Positions 39,277 through 50,915 of a DNA stretch of 64,000 nucleotides are shown here, piece after piece. The stretch is taken from assembly GCA_010093605.1 (NCBI GenBank), contig MU004198.1, positions 126,726 through 190,725 of the forward strand, written 5' to 3'. The stretch's first letter is position 1; each line of letters opens with the position of its first letter. Source of the DNA: Lophium mytilinum (lineage: Eukaryota). The notes under the pieces are model-generated. The model was not told the DNA's origin. It made no database searches and saw only the letters and a program-made list of their open reading frames with translations. The position numbers were made by a program, and so were the translations under genes.

Positions 39277-40461
39277 ATGACAATGGCGTGGGCATCTTTG
39301 CTTTTTAATTTTCAAAGTCATCATCAAATTCGTACTCTACCAAGGACACGTAATTGCGAACTCCTCAGCCTCTCTCCGCCTCCCTACTACAACCCAACCA
39401 GCAAACCAACCCCCCCACCACAACCTCCAGCAATCAACCCGACCAGGGCTTGCAGAATGAGTCCTCGAAGCGACTGTCCACAGCAGCAGTCTGATAGGTC
39501 TACAAGCGCCGTTGGTCGGCCTCCTTCACCCGCAGAAACAACAGAAAACCACAATAACTCGCTGCCTGACTTGCCCCAACAAGCTATGGCTAACCGATCC
39601 ACGGCTGATGACGTCCGTGGCTTTGTTGCCCTCTCTGACGACGGTATCCTCTCTGACGACGGTGCTCTCTCTGACGACGGTATCCTCTCTGACGACGATT
39701 ATTTCGACGACGATGATGCCGCCGATATGGCCTTCACACACGAACGCAATTCCGAGTTGTCTGATCGCCCAATGGTGAAAGAGTTTTTTAATAAACTCCC
39801 CAACCTATCAACTCTAGCAGATCCAGAAACCCGTTCCTGGCTCGGTGATTTTCCTTCCGACATTTGGGAGGATGCTATTCCGCTCTTTACAGATGGGGAT
39901 CCTAAAGAAGCGGCTTCAACGGATTACCAGTTGCATCCTTGTTACACCCGCCTTAAACTTCGCAAAGCTGCACTACAGCCCCATCCGGACATCTTTCGAC
40001 TCTGTACAAGAAGTCGGTGTATCTACAAGAAAGTCGTCTTAGGTATTGGCTGCCTTTTCGTTAATATCCAGACCAACAATGGCCGAAAGTCGAAGTGGAC
40101 TGGCTACGAGATGTTTGTAGACCAGAATCTAAGACTTCTCATGGTTTTTGACTCTGGATCACTCAAGCATGCAATGAAAGACTGGTTTCCATTTGGGTGT
40201 AGACTCTCGTTATCACGCCCTCAGAATACTAGCAACAAGCAACACAATTGCTTCAAGATACTAGAGGAAGCGCCTTTTGGTTGGGCTGTCGTTTCAGACT
40301 CCTTGCAGTCAATTCATCAAGTTTCCTTTGACGACGTAAACAAAATGGTGGCCGATACCTTTCAAAACACAACAGGAGTGATTCAGGCGGATCAGCTCGA
40401 AATCCACTATATCAATACGATTTTTCCGGATGTTCGTCCCAAATCAGCGTCAAAGGCCTAG
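39277..40461 (+). CDS. Hypothetical chimeric protein (AIG2-gene-derived N-terminus plus unrelated domain); the start may be 39457 or later
   Basis: 394-aa ORF. ACRMSP..PQQQS.RS...NSLPDL.QQAMAN...RGFVAL matches the N-terminus of the 40864 ORF. Confidence 0.65.
   Translation: MTMAWASLLFNFQSHHQIRTLPRTRNCELLSLSPPPYYNPTSKPTPPPQPPAINPTRACRMSPRSDCPQQQSDRSTSAVGRPPSPAETTENHNNSLPDLPQQAMANRSTADDVRGFVALSDDGILSDDGALSDDGILSDDDYFDDDDAADMAFTHERNSELSDRPMVKEFFNKLPNLSTLADPETRSWLGDFPSDIWEDAIPLFTDGDPKEAASTDYQLHPCYTRLKLRKAALQPHPDIFRLCTRSRCIYKKVVLGIGCLFVNIQTNNGRKSKWTGYEMFVDQNLRLLMVFDSGSLKHAMKDWFPFGCRLSLSRPQNTSNKQHNCFKILEEAPFGWAVVSDSLQSIHQVSFDDVNKMVADTFQNTTGVIQADQLEIHYINTIFPDVRPKSASKA
39631..39697 (+). repeat. 18-bp coding tandem repeat (LSDDG(I/A)), about 3.7 copies
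   Basis: CTCTCTGACGACG starts at 39631, 39649, 39667 and 39685. Confidence 0.95.
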
Positions 40462-40863
40462 TGCTCTGTGGGCTCCCGCACTGCCTAGTCCTTGACATCG
40501 CGCCTAGATGTTTTAAGGCTCATGAGGGTGCACCGAGCAGTGGTAAGCGCGTGTGCATAGCGTTCTGGCTTGTCACTGTAGAGCTCTTGTGGACTCTGTG
40601 GCATCGTTGCAGGAAGTTAGATCCTTTATATCCTCGTTTCGGCCACTCGTTCTCAGTAAAGGCTCCTGCCAGACTACTTCTCCTATGTCTGTTTCTACAA
40701 CTCGACGATGACTTTCATCGTGGATGAGTTGTAGGAACCCTGTTCTGCCAGCAGCGTAAACATTCGCTGTCTCGAGCATTCACCCCGGCCCCTCTAATTT
40801 TTAACGGTCTGTGCGTCTTTGCTTTTTTGTCTTTCAAAGTCTCCACCAAACTAGTACTCTGCC

Positions 40864-41478
40864 ATGGCTTGCAGAATAAGTACTCCAAACAACTCTCCAC
40901 AGCAGCAGTCTGAGAGGTCTGCGAGCACCGTTGGCCGGTTTCCCACACAAGCACAAACCACAGGAGACCAATACAACTCACTACCAGACTTACTCCAACA
41001 AGCTATGGCTAATCAATTTTCTGCTTATGACCTCCGCGGCTTCGTCGCTCTTGCGGAGCCTCCAATGTTCCTCTTCGGCTCCATCATGTTCCCGTGGGTC
41101 CTCAACATGGTCCTTGAACTTGACGACCCTCGGCAAATGGCACAATTGATGACCCCTGGTAACATTCGAGGATACGAAGCGTATGAGATCGAGCATGCGT
41201 ATAACACGACTATAATACCATCAGGGCACCCAGGGAAACAAGTCAAAGGCCTAGTTCTCTGTGGGCTCAATGAGGTGGGTGTAGAGGCGGTGGAGGACTA
41301 CCTCGGGTTGGATCCGCCGAGCTATCTTCGGAAAGAACTTGCTGATGTAGAGATCACTCTGTCGGGAGGAGAGAAACGGACCATCGGGGCTGTCTGTTAT
41401 CCCTGGGACGGAGCCCGGACACTCTTACGGCCATGGCCAAGAGACATATCCACAGGATCCATATCGAATGTCTCATGA
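40864..41478 (+). CDS. AIG2-like / gamma-glutamylcyclotransferase-fold protein
   Basis: PMFLFGSIMFP..., MTPG.IRGY, VKGLVLCGL, VEITL...AVCYPW. The usual D.FEG motif reads DYLG, so the protein may be degenerate. Confidence 0.7.
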   Translation: MACRISTPNNSPQQQSERSASTVGRFPTQAQTTGDQYNSLPDLLQQAMANQFSAYDLRGFVALAEPPMFLFGSIMFPWVLNMVLELDDPRQMAQLMTPGNIRGYEAYEIEHAYNTTIIPSGHPGKQVKGLVLCGLNEVGVEAVEDYLGLDPPSYLRKELADVEITLSGGEKRTIGAVCYPWDGARTLLRPWPRDISTGSISNVS

Positions 41479-41933
41479 CTATGACATTTCTTTTTGAGAA
41501 TAATGTGCTCTTGGGTACGAGCTCCTTTCAACGATCCTGCCTGGTCTCCAAGCGCTTATCGACCCACCCGACTCCACGTCCCTTCTACTTCTCGGTACAA
41601 ATATGGCCGCCAGGATTTTGTATACCAGGTAGAAAATGCAAGCAGCGCAGGCTGGGATCACAAGCGAAGTCATGACGATACAGATTGTATAGTCCCACTT
41701 GCGAAAGCACTTTGGCGATTTATGTTTATGGAAGATGTCATCCTGTTTACAGTTGCAATGTCATTTTCGAGTTCTTGAAAGGGGTATACAGACAGACATA
41801 CCTGCTGAGGTAGACCGTTGCAAGGTTTGAGTATTTTTGGTTTGAAATAGAGTAGAACAAATGGCATAATTACGATACAAACTTCAATGTACTTCATGAG
41901 CCATTTTGCGAGGTCGGTCATGCTATTGCGCAT
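41479..41933 (-). CDS. Small hypothetical two-TM protein, 2 exons
   Basis: A predicted intron at 41743-41801 (GTATGT...CAG, phase 0) joins ORFs 41670-41933 and 41479-41673 into about 130 aa with two hydrophobic helices. Confidence 0.5.
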
Positions 41934-42533
41934 CTTGATGTGTCGAGTACGTAGTAGAACTACTAACTTAGATGTTGAGGTAGGTCTTGGGAGGATTAGC
42001 TTTCTATTGAAGTTGAGTTCATTGTGGGAGACTATTCAGGACTGCTTTCGGAGAGAACAAACACAATTTGATGATCCCCGCTCAGAATGGATATGCGAGT
42101 ACGGAGCATTCTACAAATCAAAATCGATGGACCTACTGCTGTACTACTAGATCATTCATGTGTATGTTCTGAACGAACTCTTTCGAACGGAGAGTCGTTC
42201 AAAGGACGCTAAATGACGAAGATCCCTGCACTAATTTTCCAGATGAGTCGTCAACCGTGTCACCCCTCCACCCCTCATCCCTTCACCTCGTCAACCACGA
42301 CGAATTTCGAAGTGAATTGCCCAACCATAGCTGCCCTCCAAGACCCTCATAGCCTAACAGACCCATTTAAGCACCTCGTAGTGGAGCCTGATCTTCTCGT
42401 ACATCTTCTAGTTCCCTCGTAGACTACCGCATACTCTTACTCTCATCTCACATCATTCCCGAGAAGCTCGTCCCGCACTCTGAGTTCAGTTCAAACCATC
42501 ACGTACTACTCAATTCACAGTTAAACCCTCACC

Positions 42534-43196
42534 ATGCGTCTCCCCTACGTCCCCAACCCTCCAGAATTCTCAGACCCCGCGGATCAAGCAATCCTCGAGC
42601 GAGTCCAGGAACGTCGAGGCGAGAGAGGTCTCTTAGAGCTAGATCGTGCCCTACTACACTCGCCTCCTGTGGCAGATGGCTGGTGAGCCTCATCAATCAC
42701 CACTGCCCTGCAATGCCTTTCTCTATTACTACTTCCGTCCCGTAAACGTACGCCTCTCGATTCTAACTCCGCCTTCATCAGGAACTCCTTCCTCGGCGCC
42801 ATCCGCACCCGCACCACTATACCTGACTCTATTCGCGAAACCGCCATCTGCCGCGTTGCTGTGCTGAATAACGCGTGGTACGAATGGGGCCATCATGCGC
42901 CATTACTTGATAAATGCCCGGGGGTCACAGCAGAATTTATGGCGCACATAAAGAACGCACCGCTTGGTCTGGAAGTGGGAGCGGGACCGGATCGGCCCTG
43001 GGATGAGAAGCATGCTGCGGTACTGGCGTATACGGATCAGATGACGATAGGGGTGAAGGTGGAGGATGGCGTGTTTGCGGAGCTAAGAAGGCTGTTCGAT
43101 GAGAGGGAGGTTGTGGAAATCACAGCGACGGTGGCGGCGTATAATTGTGTGAGTCGGTTTTTGGTGGCGCTGGATGTTGGGGAGAAGAATACATGA
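42534..43196 (+). CDS. AhpD-like / carboxymuconolactone decarboxylase family protein, 2 exons
   Basis: MRLPY..LLELDRALLHSPPVADGW/NSFLGAIR..RETAICRVA..YEWGHH..VAAYNCVSRFLVALDV; predicted intron at 42683-42781. Confidence 0.88.
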
Positions 43197-43810
43197 GGGA
43201 TGGAGGTTTCTACGTTTGGATGTGTTGAAATACTAGGGCACCAGTCCGAACATTTTGCTTTGCAATGGGTTAGCTCTGTAGGTCCAGAAGCCAAGAATGG
43301 GTTGCAGGGTCGTCGCTGGTGTAAATGGGCGTTGCCTTGAATGCCTCTCGACGAGGCTGCAAGGGGGCTGTCTAAGGATCCTCCTGGGTTGAATATGGAA
43401 ACTTCGAGCTTCCGGGCTGACACACGCTCCCCCAGAGCACCCTAAATATCAAGTAATGAGTGAAGTTGTACTGTCTGGAGTACTCCGTATGATCTTATAC
43501 TGCACTTCGGCGCTCTGATTGGCTGGACAGGGGCTGCATCAGCGCAAGGACCACGCCGCAGCTCAACTTCGCCCTCAAGATCACCAGGCTAGGACACTAG
43601 AAATACACCACCTCCCGACCATCAGGCACAATGACTCCCTCCCAAGTTTTTCGGCGACGACAGATATATCCTGATGTATCTTTGACAACTCCCAAGAACA
43701 TCTCCTTTCTCGCTCTCATTCCCACTATCGCAAACTTTGCCTTCATCTGTACCTGCTCTTCTGTACAATCTACGCGTTTTTGTCACTTCGAGAGTCGATA
43801 GTTGATCAAA

Positions 43811-46602
43811 ATGTCTGAAACCCAAATCAATCAACCTTCGTACTATGAGTCTATTGCGTTTCCAGGGGTTGGAGATGGATTTACCGAAGCTCTCCGCCTC
43901 GATGACTTTGCACCATTCTATGAGCTTGGATCCCGCATCCCTGACCCCGGGTACGAACCTGACTGGGTAGGTTGCGTTTTCTTATGATACGCAAATAATA
44001 TGATCATGCTGACACTAAGGTAGACTATGGCCGACGAGAAACCAGACTCAGCTGAGCACGACGATTGGACTTATTCTCAGGGCATTCCTAATGTTGCCAT
44101 GAATGATTTCACAGCCGACGAGTTATCCATAGAACCACCACTGTACAAGTGTTTGTATCCTCCATGCACATACGCCTCCAAGCGTGAGTCAAACTGTAAG
44201 CAGCACATGGAGAAGGCCCATGGCTGGGAATACGTACGCTCCAAGAGCAATGGACGCAAGAAAACCACCGCCGGCGGAAGCGAACGCAGCCCCCCAGCCT
44301 CAACTTTCGGTAGTGCCCGCACTGGTATGCATTCGCAGGACCTCCCTGCTTTTCCTCGCCACAACTTCGTAGAAACCGCCCTCATGCGAACACTTGGACT
44401 TTGGACCGAACTGGGCCCAGATGAGAAGTCACTCTATTTCAATACCCGTACAGGGAAGTTCGCGAACGAGTTTCCACAAGAAGACATCGTCAATTTGGAA
44501 GGGTCGAGTACTATCTCTGCTGGTCCTATGTACATTGCCGCGTCCAACGCTGGAAGGACGTCAAGCGCAAATGCACCAACAGGCGACATATTCGGTATCG
44601 CGCAGGATATTGAACCCCTGCCCGAAACGTCAAAACGCCCACGCCGCGCTTATCCACGGTCAAAATTCTCCTTAGAATCGATCGCAATACTCGAGGCATG
44701 GCTCGACGACCACGGAGATAATCCATATCCTTCCTCAGTCGAGAAAGTCACACTCGCCAGCGAGGCCGGCCTCCGAGTACAGCAGGTGGATAGGTGGTTC
44801 ACCAACAACCGGAAACGTCGGTTGAATGCTGTCGAAAAATGGCTTTCGTCTTCATCTGAAGATGAGGACGTAGTAAATGCTGCGATGCGCTCTGCGTCCC
44901 GAATATCTGTTTCCTCGATGAACTTCGGAACCCAGTCTCCATCGTCTAAGGCTAGCTCCAGCGCTGCATCAACTGTTTTGTCAAGCGCAAGCTCTGCCTT
45001 TTCGCAGTCAAATGATGCGGTGTGGAAGGTGTCGAAGAACAAGCGCGGAACCAAGAAGTACTTGATGAAAGACCTACTGCCTTTGCCAACCAGCAAGCTG
45101 TCCAAAGGTTTTCAATGTACATTTTGCTCCCAGGAGTTGACTGAGAAAGCCTGGAGGAGGCATGAAGAAACCCAACATCTGCCAAGAACTAAATGGGTCT
45201 GCGGTTTTGACCCCACGACGGTTATGGAACGCCCTTGGAATTTGACTTGTCTTCTATGCCCGAAAAGCAGCCCTGGGTTTGAGCACTACCAGCTTCATCA
45301 TCCTGAGGTGGTCGACTGCTTGCAGAAGCCCAAGGAGGACCGCACTTTCTACCGAAAGGATCACCTTGCGCAACATTTTACCAACGTCCATAACGCACAA
45401 TTGAACGGCGTCACAGCGGATCTCTCTAAGCAAGAGATAGACTACTCCAATCAAACTTGGAACTGTGGCTTTTGCGGGGAGATACTAGCTACCTGGGACG
45501 TCCGGGCACGCCATATTGCGGCTCATTTCCGAAATGGTAGTCACATGTCGCAATGGGACTCTGCCCGCCAAAAGGAGGAACATAATAGCAGAACGAGGGC
45601 ACGGCCTGATTTTCCCTCGCGCCGGGCTCGTAGTTTTAAAGAGTGCGAACGGTCTACGCCTGACAACGGTCTCTTCGAAACCGACAAGTTTGATAACAGC
45701 ATAGACTTACCGCCAGCGCCCCAATCAATGATGTCACAGTTTAACTTCAAGGTCTCTTCGAGCTCGCAGAAGAAGCACAAGTGCAAGATTTGCGACAAGC
45801 GATTCACCCGCCCTTCTTGATTAACAACCCACATGTACTGCCACACTGGCGAGAAACGTAAGTCCAATGGCCGTCAACACACAATACACGTCGCTGACAA
45901 AATCTAGCATTCGCATGCGAGGTTGAAGGCTGTGATCGTCACTTTTCCGTTGTCTCGGCACTAAGGAAACACCGCAGAATACACCGAAACGGGTCGCTTT
46001 CCGACTCTTCCGACATGTCTTCACAGCAGGCCGCTCCACCGGTAGCCACTCGGTTTGAATCTAGCATCGGAAACGAGTCTAAAGTAGCCCTGTTTGAGCT
46101 CGGAAGCACTTCGCCTTCACGACCCGCTCCCGTGGCACTCGACGACCGACAGCAGTCCCAGCTAAACACCATGGGCTACGACCACCTCCGCTATCCCGCA
46201 CCGCACTTTTCGAACCCGTGGAGGTCGGGCCCCGCCGCGCCTTCATCGCAGATGTATCCCGCGTCTGGACTCGAGAAGTTTGAAGGTGTCAGTCAGCAGC
46301 ATGTTCAGAGGCCAACGAGCCTATTGCTCCCCTTCCACAACCTCCCCGTCACGGCGCCGCCCCTAGGATCAGGTATTAGTCTCTCAGATGGCACGTTCGG
46401 ATCACAAAACTTACTTCACGCTTCGCAAGATCTTCTCAACCCGGCAAGGACGTACAGCGGAAACTCGTCAGCCTCGCCCAATGCTGCCTCATATGCCCCA
46501 ACGTCAGCACCGAAATATCTCATGGACTACTCCAACAACTCCAGAAAGCCGTATGCGTACCAGCAGGACTCCCTCCGCCAACTTCTTCGAAATTCAAGTT
46601 AA
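43811..46602 (+). CDS. Mosaic TALE-homeobox / C2H2 transcription factor with in-frame TGA at 45818-45820 (truncated allele or pseudogenised tail)
   Basis: Predicted introns at 43967-44023 and 45858-45907. Homeodomain ...NPYPS...WFTNNRKR; C2H2 FQCTFC, RKDHLAQH, WNCGFCG; extra SltA-like and MtfA-like fingers. The frame continues past the TGA into ORF 46015-46602. Confidence 0.8.
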
Positions 46603-47740
46603 GAGAGAATAGTTCAACCCGACCCCGATTACCGACAGGAGACCAAGTTCGAAGAAATCGCCCTTGCGAATCCACGAATAGTCTTTTCTCAGGCATAGAG
46701 CGCTCACACAGAGGAAAAGAAGGAGTAACCGTTCTCGAAAACTCCGGACCCGGTCCCTCGCAGGGACCAGCTAGGAAAAGGAACTTAAGAACTTTAATTG
46801 CGGGGCTACTGGACATTGACCTCTCAGACTCGGTATCGACAAGGTTATGCTTGCCGCCTGCTCCTCCGCCAGCACCAGCAAACCTCACATTTGCACCCTC
46901 TAGACAAGAAGACAGCCTCTTGTGTAGATTCAGCAAGCGGCGCTTTTCTCTTGTCAGCACATTGGAAGTAAATTAGCCACAGGAACGGTTCTGTACATAA
47001 GTCAGGATCCGTTTGAATATACACATTATTGCTAGGATATTGTCCCAGATTCGCATGAGAAGGGGATGTTGCAACCGTCGATTTTCAACCCTCGACAAAA
47101 TTGAGGAGACATCGAGGTCGGATTTGCAGTACGAGATCATAAATCTGGGCACACGGATTTATCAATCTCTAGCTTGAATCTTGCTCGCTCGAGACTACTG
47201 TAAGGGGCCCCACTGGCTATTCATTAGGCAGTCAGTTAAGAGGCAGTCTAATTTGCACTGCCTGGAAGTTGACATTGGCCTTGTGGTCTCGAAATGCGGT
47301 GGAATCACCCCAAACAGCGGCGAACTAGTGTTTTTACTGTAGGTCACGAAGCTGAGTACTGGAAAAGAGATTTTATCAAAGCTTTCTTGTCCATAATGTT
47401 TATACACGTTGTATTCAAGCAGTACATAGACAGCTACACTTCCCTATAAATTCATTCAACCCGAAGATCTGTCAGCGTCCTTCTCCTGAATCGCACTTGT
47501 CATGGATCAAGTCCCATTTCCCTCCTACTGGAACACTCGAATGCCTTCCCGACCGAACCGACAGGTCACAAAGCGTCACCTCATGCATCAGGCCCCTTAT
47601 GAAAGTCTTTTGACGTATTACTACCGAGGACGAAGAACCCCATGACCTAACCCCAACCCCTGAAACCACAAACCCTCAAAGAAGAGCACCGCAAACCCCA
47701 AGCCCAACGCCTCAACCCGCTCCCCCCATTTCCTCACACC

Positions 47741-48802
47741 TCACACCCCCTTCCTAACCAAAACCCCATACCACACCCTCCGCCCCACCCACTTCCTCCC
47801 CCTCTCCCCGACCCCCTTCCCCAAATCACCCTCCTCCACCCCCCTCTCCCAAACCCCCACAACCTCCAACCCAGCCCCCCTCGCCGCCTCCCCCGTCTCC
47901 CCAACCCCATGCACCCAACTCTCCCCCCTCACCTTCCGCCCATCCCCCGCCACAAACCCCGCCTGGCTCTCCCGCCCCATCTCCTCGTGCATATTCGTCA
48001 CTAGCGCCCACCCCCCTACTTTCAGCAGCCCGGCCACACGCTGCCAGAAGGCGGCGAGGGGCACGTGCTCCAGTACGAGCGTGCTGATGATGCCGTCGAA
48101 GGCGGGGAGGGTGGCTAGGACGGCGGGGGCGGGGGTGGCGAAGGCGTCGGCACAGTGGAGGGTGGTTGAGGTGATGGAGGGGGAGAGGGGGGTGGTGGCG
48201 AGTTTGGTGCGCGCGAGGGCGAGCATGGGGGCGGAGAAATCGAGGGCGGTGAGGGAGACGGTGGTTTTGGGGAGGTAGGGGTGGGTCGCGAGTTTGAGAG
48301 TGGTGCGACCGGTGCCGCAGCCGAGGTCGAGAAGGTTGAGGGCGAGTGGTGCTGAGGAGGTGGATGTAGTCACGGATTCGAGAAATTGGGGAAGCAGGGT
48401 TGCGAGCTCGAGGTCATCGATGGCCTGGAGCATGTTCCCGTCTGTATCGTAGACGGATGCCCACGCGTCGTAAGTCGCGAGGGTTGGGAGGTGCGTGATG
48501 TGGGTAGCGGCGGCGGTGGTGGAGAAGGTCGAGAACGTAGGGGAGGTCGGGGCTTTTGGGGCAATGGCGGAAGATGGGACCGTCGGGGTCCCTTCGTGGG
48601 CACTATTGGTGGTGTTTCGTGACGGGATATCATCCTCATCAGCCGTAGCAGTTGTTTGGGATGGAGTCTGATATCGACTGTAAAGTGAGGGATCAGACTC
48701 GGTGGATGAGCCGAAGGATTGAGTAAGTGCTGGATCGGTGTCTCCAGCATATGCCAGCGACGTATCAAAGGTCATGTTGAGCGTGGTGGGCTGTGATGAC
48801 AT
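47741..48802 (-). CDS. Class I SAM-dependent methyltransferase
   Basis: YDAWASVYDTDGN.LQ, motif I LLDLGCGTG, LDFS, ISTLVLEH, LVTNMH. Confidence 0.85.
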   Translation of the reverse strand: MSSQPTTLNMTFDTSLAYAGDTDPALTQSFGSSTESDPSLYSRYQTPSQTTATADEDDIPSRNTTNSAHEGTPTVPSSAIAPKAPTSPTFSTFSTTAAATHITHLPTLATYDAWASVYDTDGNMLQAIDDLELATLLPQFLESVTTSTSSAPLALNLLDLGCGTGRTTLKLATHPYLPKTTVSLTALDFSAPMLALARTKLATTPLSPSITSTTLHCADAFATPAPAVLATLPAFDGIISTLVLEHVPLAAFWQRVAGLLKVGGWALVTNMHEEMGRESQAGFVAGDGRKVRGESWVHGVGETGEAARGAGLEVVGVWERGVEEGDLGKGVGERGRKWVGRRVWYGVLVRKGV

Positions 48803-49312
48803 TTTGATATAGAGAATATCCAAAACACCAAACGATGGTGACGGGAAGGGTACGACAAAGTGAGGATAAAGTATGCCGCAAACGAGCCTTAGGCAAGGAA
48901 AATCAAGCTCGAAGATACGCTAGACAGAGATTGAAGAGGTTGGCACAGTAATGAGAGGCCTTACCGCTTCATATATACCCCCAATAGCAATCAATGCACG
49001 CCCTTCTTCCCCTCCCCAAGCGGCAGGCCGATGTAGTGCAAACTTTTGGATGACTCACATCATGTGCCCACGCGTTCCGGCAAATGCACCGGACGCGAAC
49101 GGAGGCCAGCCACACCCACACGACGTGCTCCAAAAGTGACAAATCGTATCTCTTCCCCTCGTTATACCAAATAAGATGCTCCCAACGCCCGTTCCCAAAT
49201 GCTGTACCACCTAGCTCTTATCATACACCAGTCCGGCTCTACACCACTATCATACAACCATTGTTATACATCGGAAAGCCCGAGGTCGACCCACAGCATG
49301 AGCTCTCAGTGG

Positions 49313-50332
49313 TTAGACGCTGGGAAAATATCCTGCGAGTATCCTGTCCCGATGAGCCACCAACTTTTTATGAGCCAGCACGCTGTTTCGGAGACGCGGT
49401 TCCGCCCAACCGTTTCCGAGATAGGCGTCTAGCAGTAGATGCGTGTATGCGAATACACTGGCATCAAAGAGCCCTGGTTCTTTTGCGCCAAAGAACCACT
49501 TTTTGTCACTAAGCATGGTCTCCAAAGCACCGAGCGCCTCTTCAGCTTCCTTGTACAGCGTCTGGGCATCAATGACAGCAGCATGCTTCAGCAATTCAGT
49601 CTCTGCCGCTTTACGCAATTCATACGTCGTGGTAAGCCGGACCATCGCATTCGTCGAAATAGGAAGAACATAGAGGGGTTCCGCGATAGACGTAAAGTTG
49701 GGCGTGAGGTAGAGCGTGTAGAGCTAGAACCAGTCAGTCGCCACATTCTAGAAAAGCCACAAATACACCCACCCAAGCCCTCCGTATCCGGTGATCGAGG
49801 AGTGACAGATACGCCTCATACCGCATATCGTCTGGCTCTTCGACCTTTCGGCTCCCTTTCTCTAATGCCCATTTCTGCAGCTTTGCCGACGGAATCGGGG
49901 ATACTGACTTCCCAGCATCGTGCGTCGAAGGGAGGAGGAAGGGCAGCGCGCCGCTAGGAGAAGCATGATTATTCGACGCAACAAGCAAGAAGTCAACGTC
50001 GCTGAATTTCAGATACGTCTATATGCGAATCAGTCCATTGCCACCTTGAAGAAGGATTGCGCCGCGCGCAAACTGACCTGCCACTTCAGACAGCTCGGGT
50101 TATAGGATGGGGAACCTTGTATAGCCTCCAAAGGGGTCGCGAAGATGTATAGCACATTCTGGTCGCGTTTTCGAGGTGAGCGCGCGGGGAGTTCGTTCGC
50201 AGGGTAGGTGGTGAGCGGGAAGCGGTCGAAGAGGCGCTTTATCGGTGCCGGGACTGTGAAGATGCTAGACTTGAGTGGAGAGCGGGTAGTCGGCTGCGAT
50301 TTTTCATCGTGTGGATGGTCTTCGGAGGGCAT
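49313..50332 (-). CDS. SAM35: Mitochondrial outer-membrane SAM complex subunit Sam35 / metaxin-like, 3 exons
   Basis: LFDRFPLTTYP, PSYNPSCLKWQ/TYLKF, SNNHASPSGALPFL and GST-like C-terminus WFFG..PGLFDASVFAYTHL. Confidence 0.88.
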
Positions 50333-50915
50333 GTTCCATGATCTGAGGGTGGATGCTGCTGTCGAGGGTTCGATGGAACTTGCGCTGGGAAAAATGTATC
50401 GCGTAAAATTGCCCCTTTTGTACACTGCTTGCTTTCACCACTTACAGAGAACTTCGATGCCAAGGGGCAACGCAGTGTTGTGGACTCCCTTTGAATTATG
50501 TTTTTACTACTCAAAGAAGTACATAGTCCTTACGGCACTTCACTCTATGGCCACATAATACCACACAATATCTCCTCTTTGTATTCAACTCTTCTCTCAA
50601 TTCTCGAAGGTTAAGACTTTCCTGCTATTTATCCCCATACAACATCGAGAAAGGGGTATGGCCTAGAGCATTAGATCAATTCTATAGTTTCATACATTGG
50701 GGTAAAATTCAATGATCCGATATTTGTTCTTAGATATCAAGTCTACTTTCGAGATAGATTGTCGGGACTTTCTTTTCTTATACCGGTAATCGTCCCCAAC
50801 TATCAGAATATTTGTGGATATCTCTAACAAGTTTCTCTTTCTCAACCCAAAGAAAACTCTCATGTTCTCTCCATGAGAATCATTCCAGGATCAACCAGTC
50901 CTTCAAGCCCCATCA

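Larger units (their letters stand above)
39140..41053 (+). repeat. Diverged direct duplication: about 39140-39634 versus about 40662-41053 (promoter plus 5' coding region)
   Basis: Shared blocks CAGCAGCGTAAACATTCGC, TCTTTGCTTTTT, GCTTGCAGAAT, CCACAGCAGCAGTCTGA and CAACAAGCTATGGCTAA. Copy 1 has about 100 extra bp (about 39345-39447). Confidence 0.9.
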
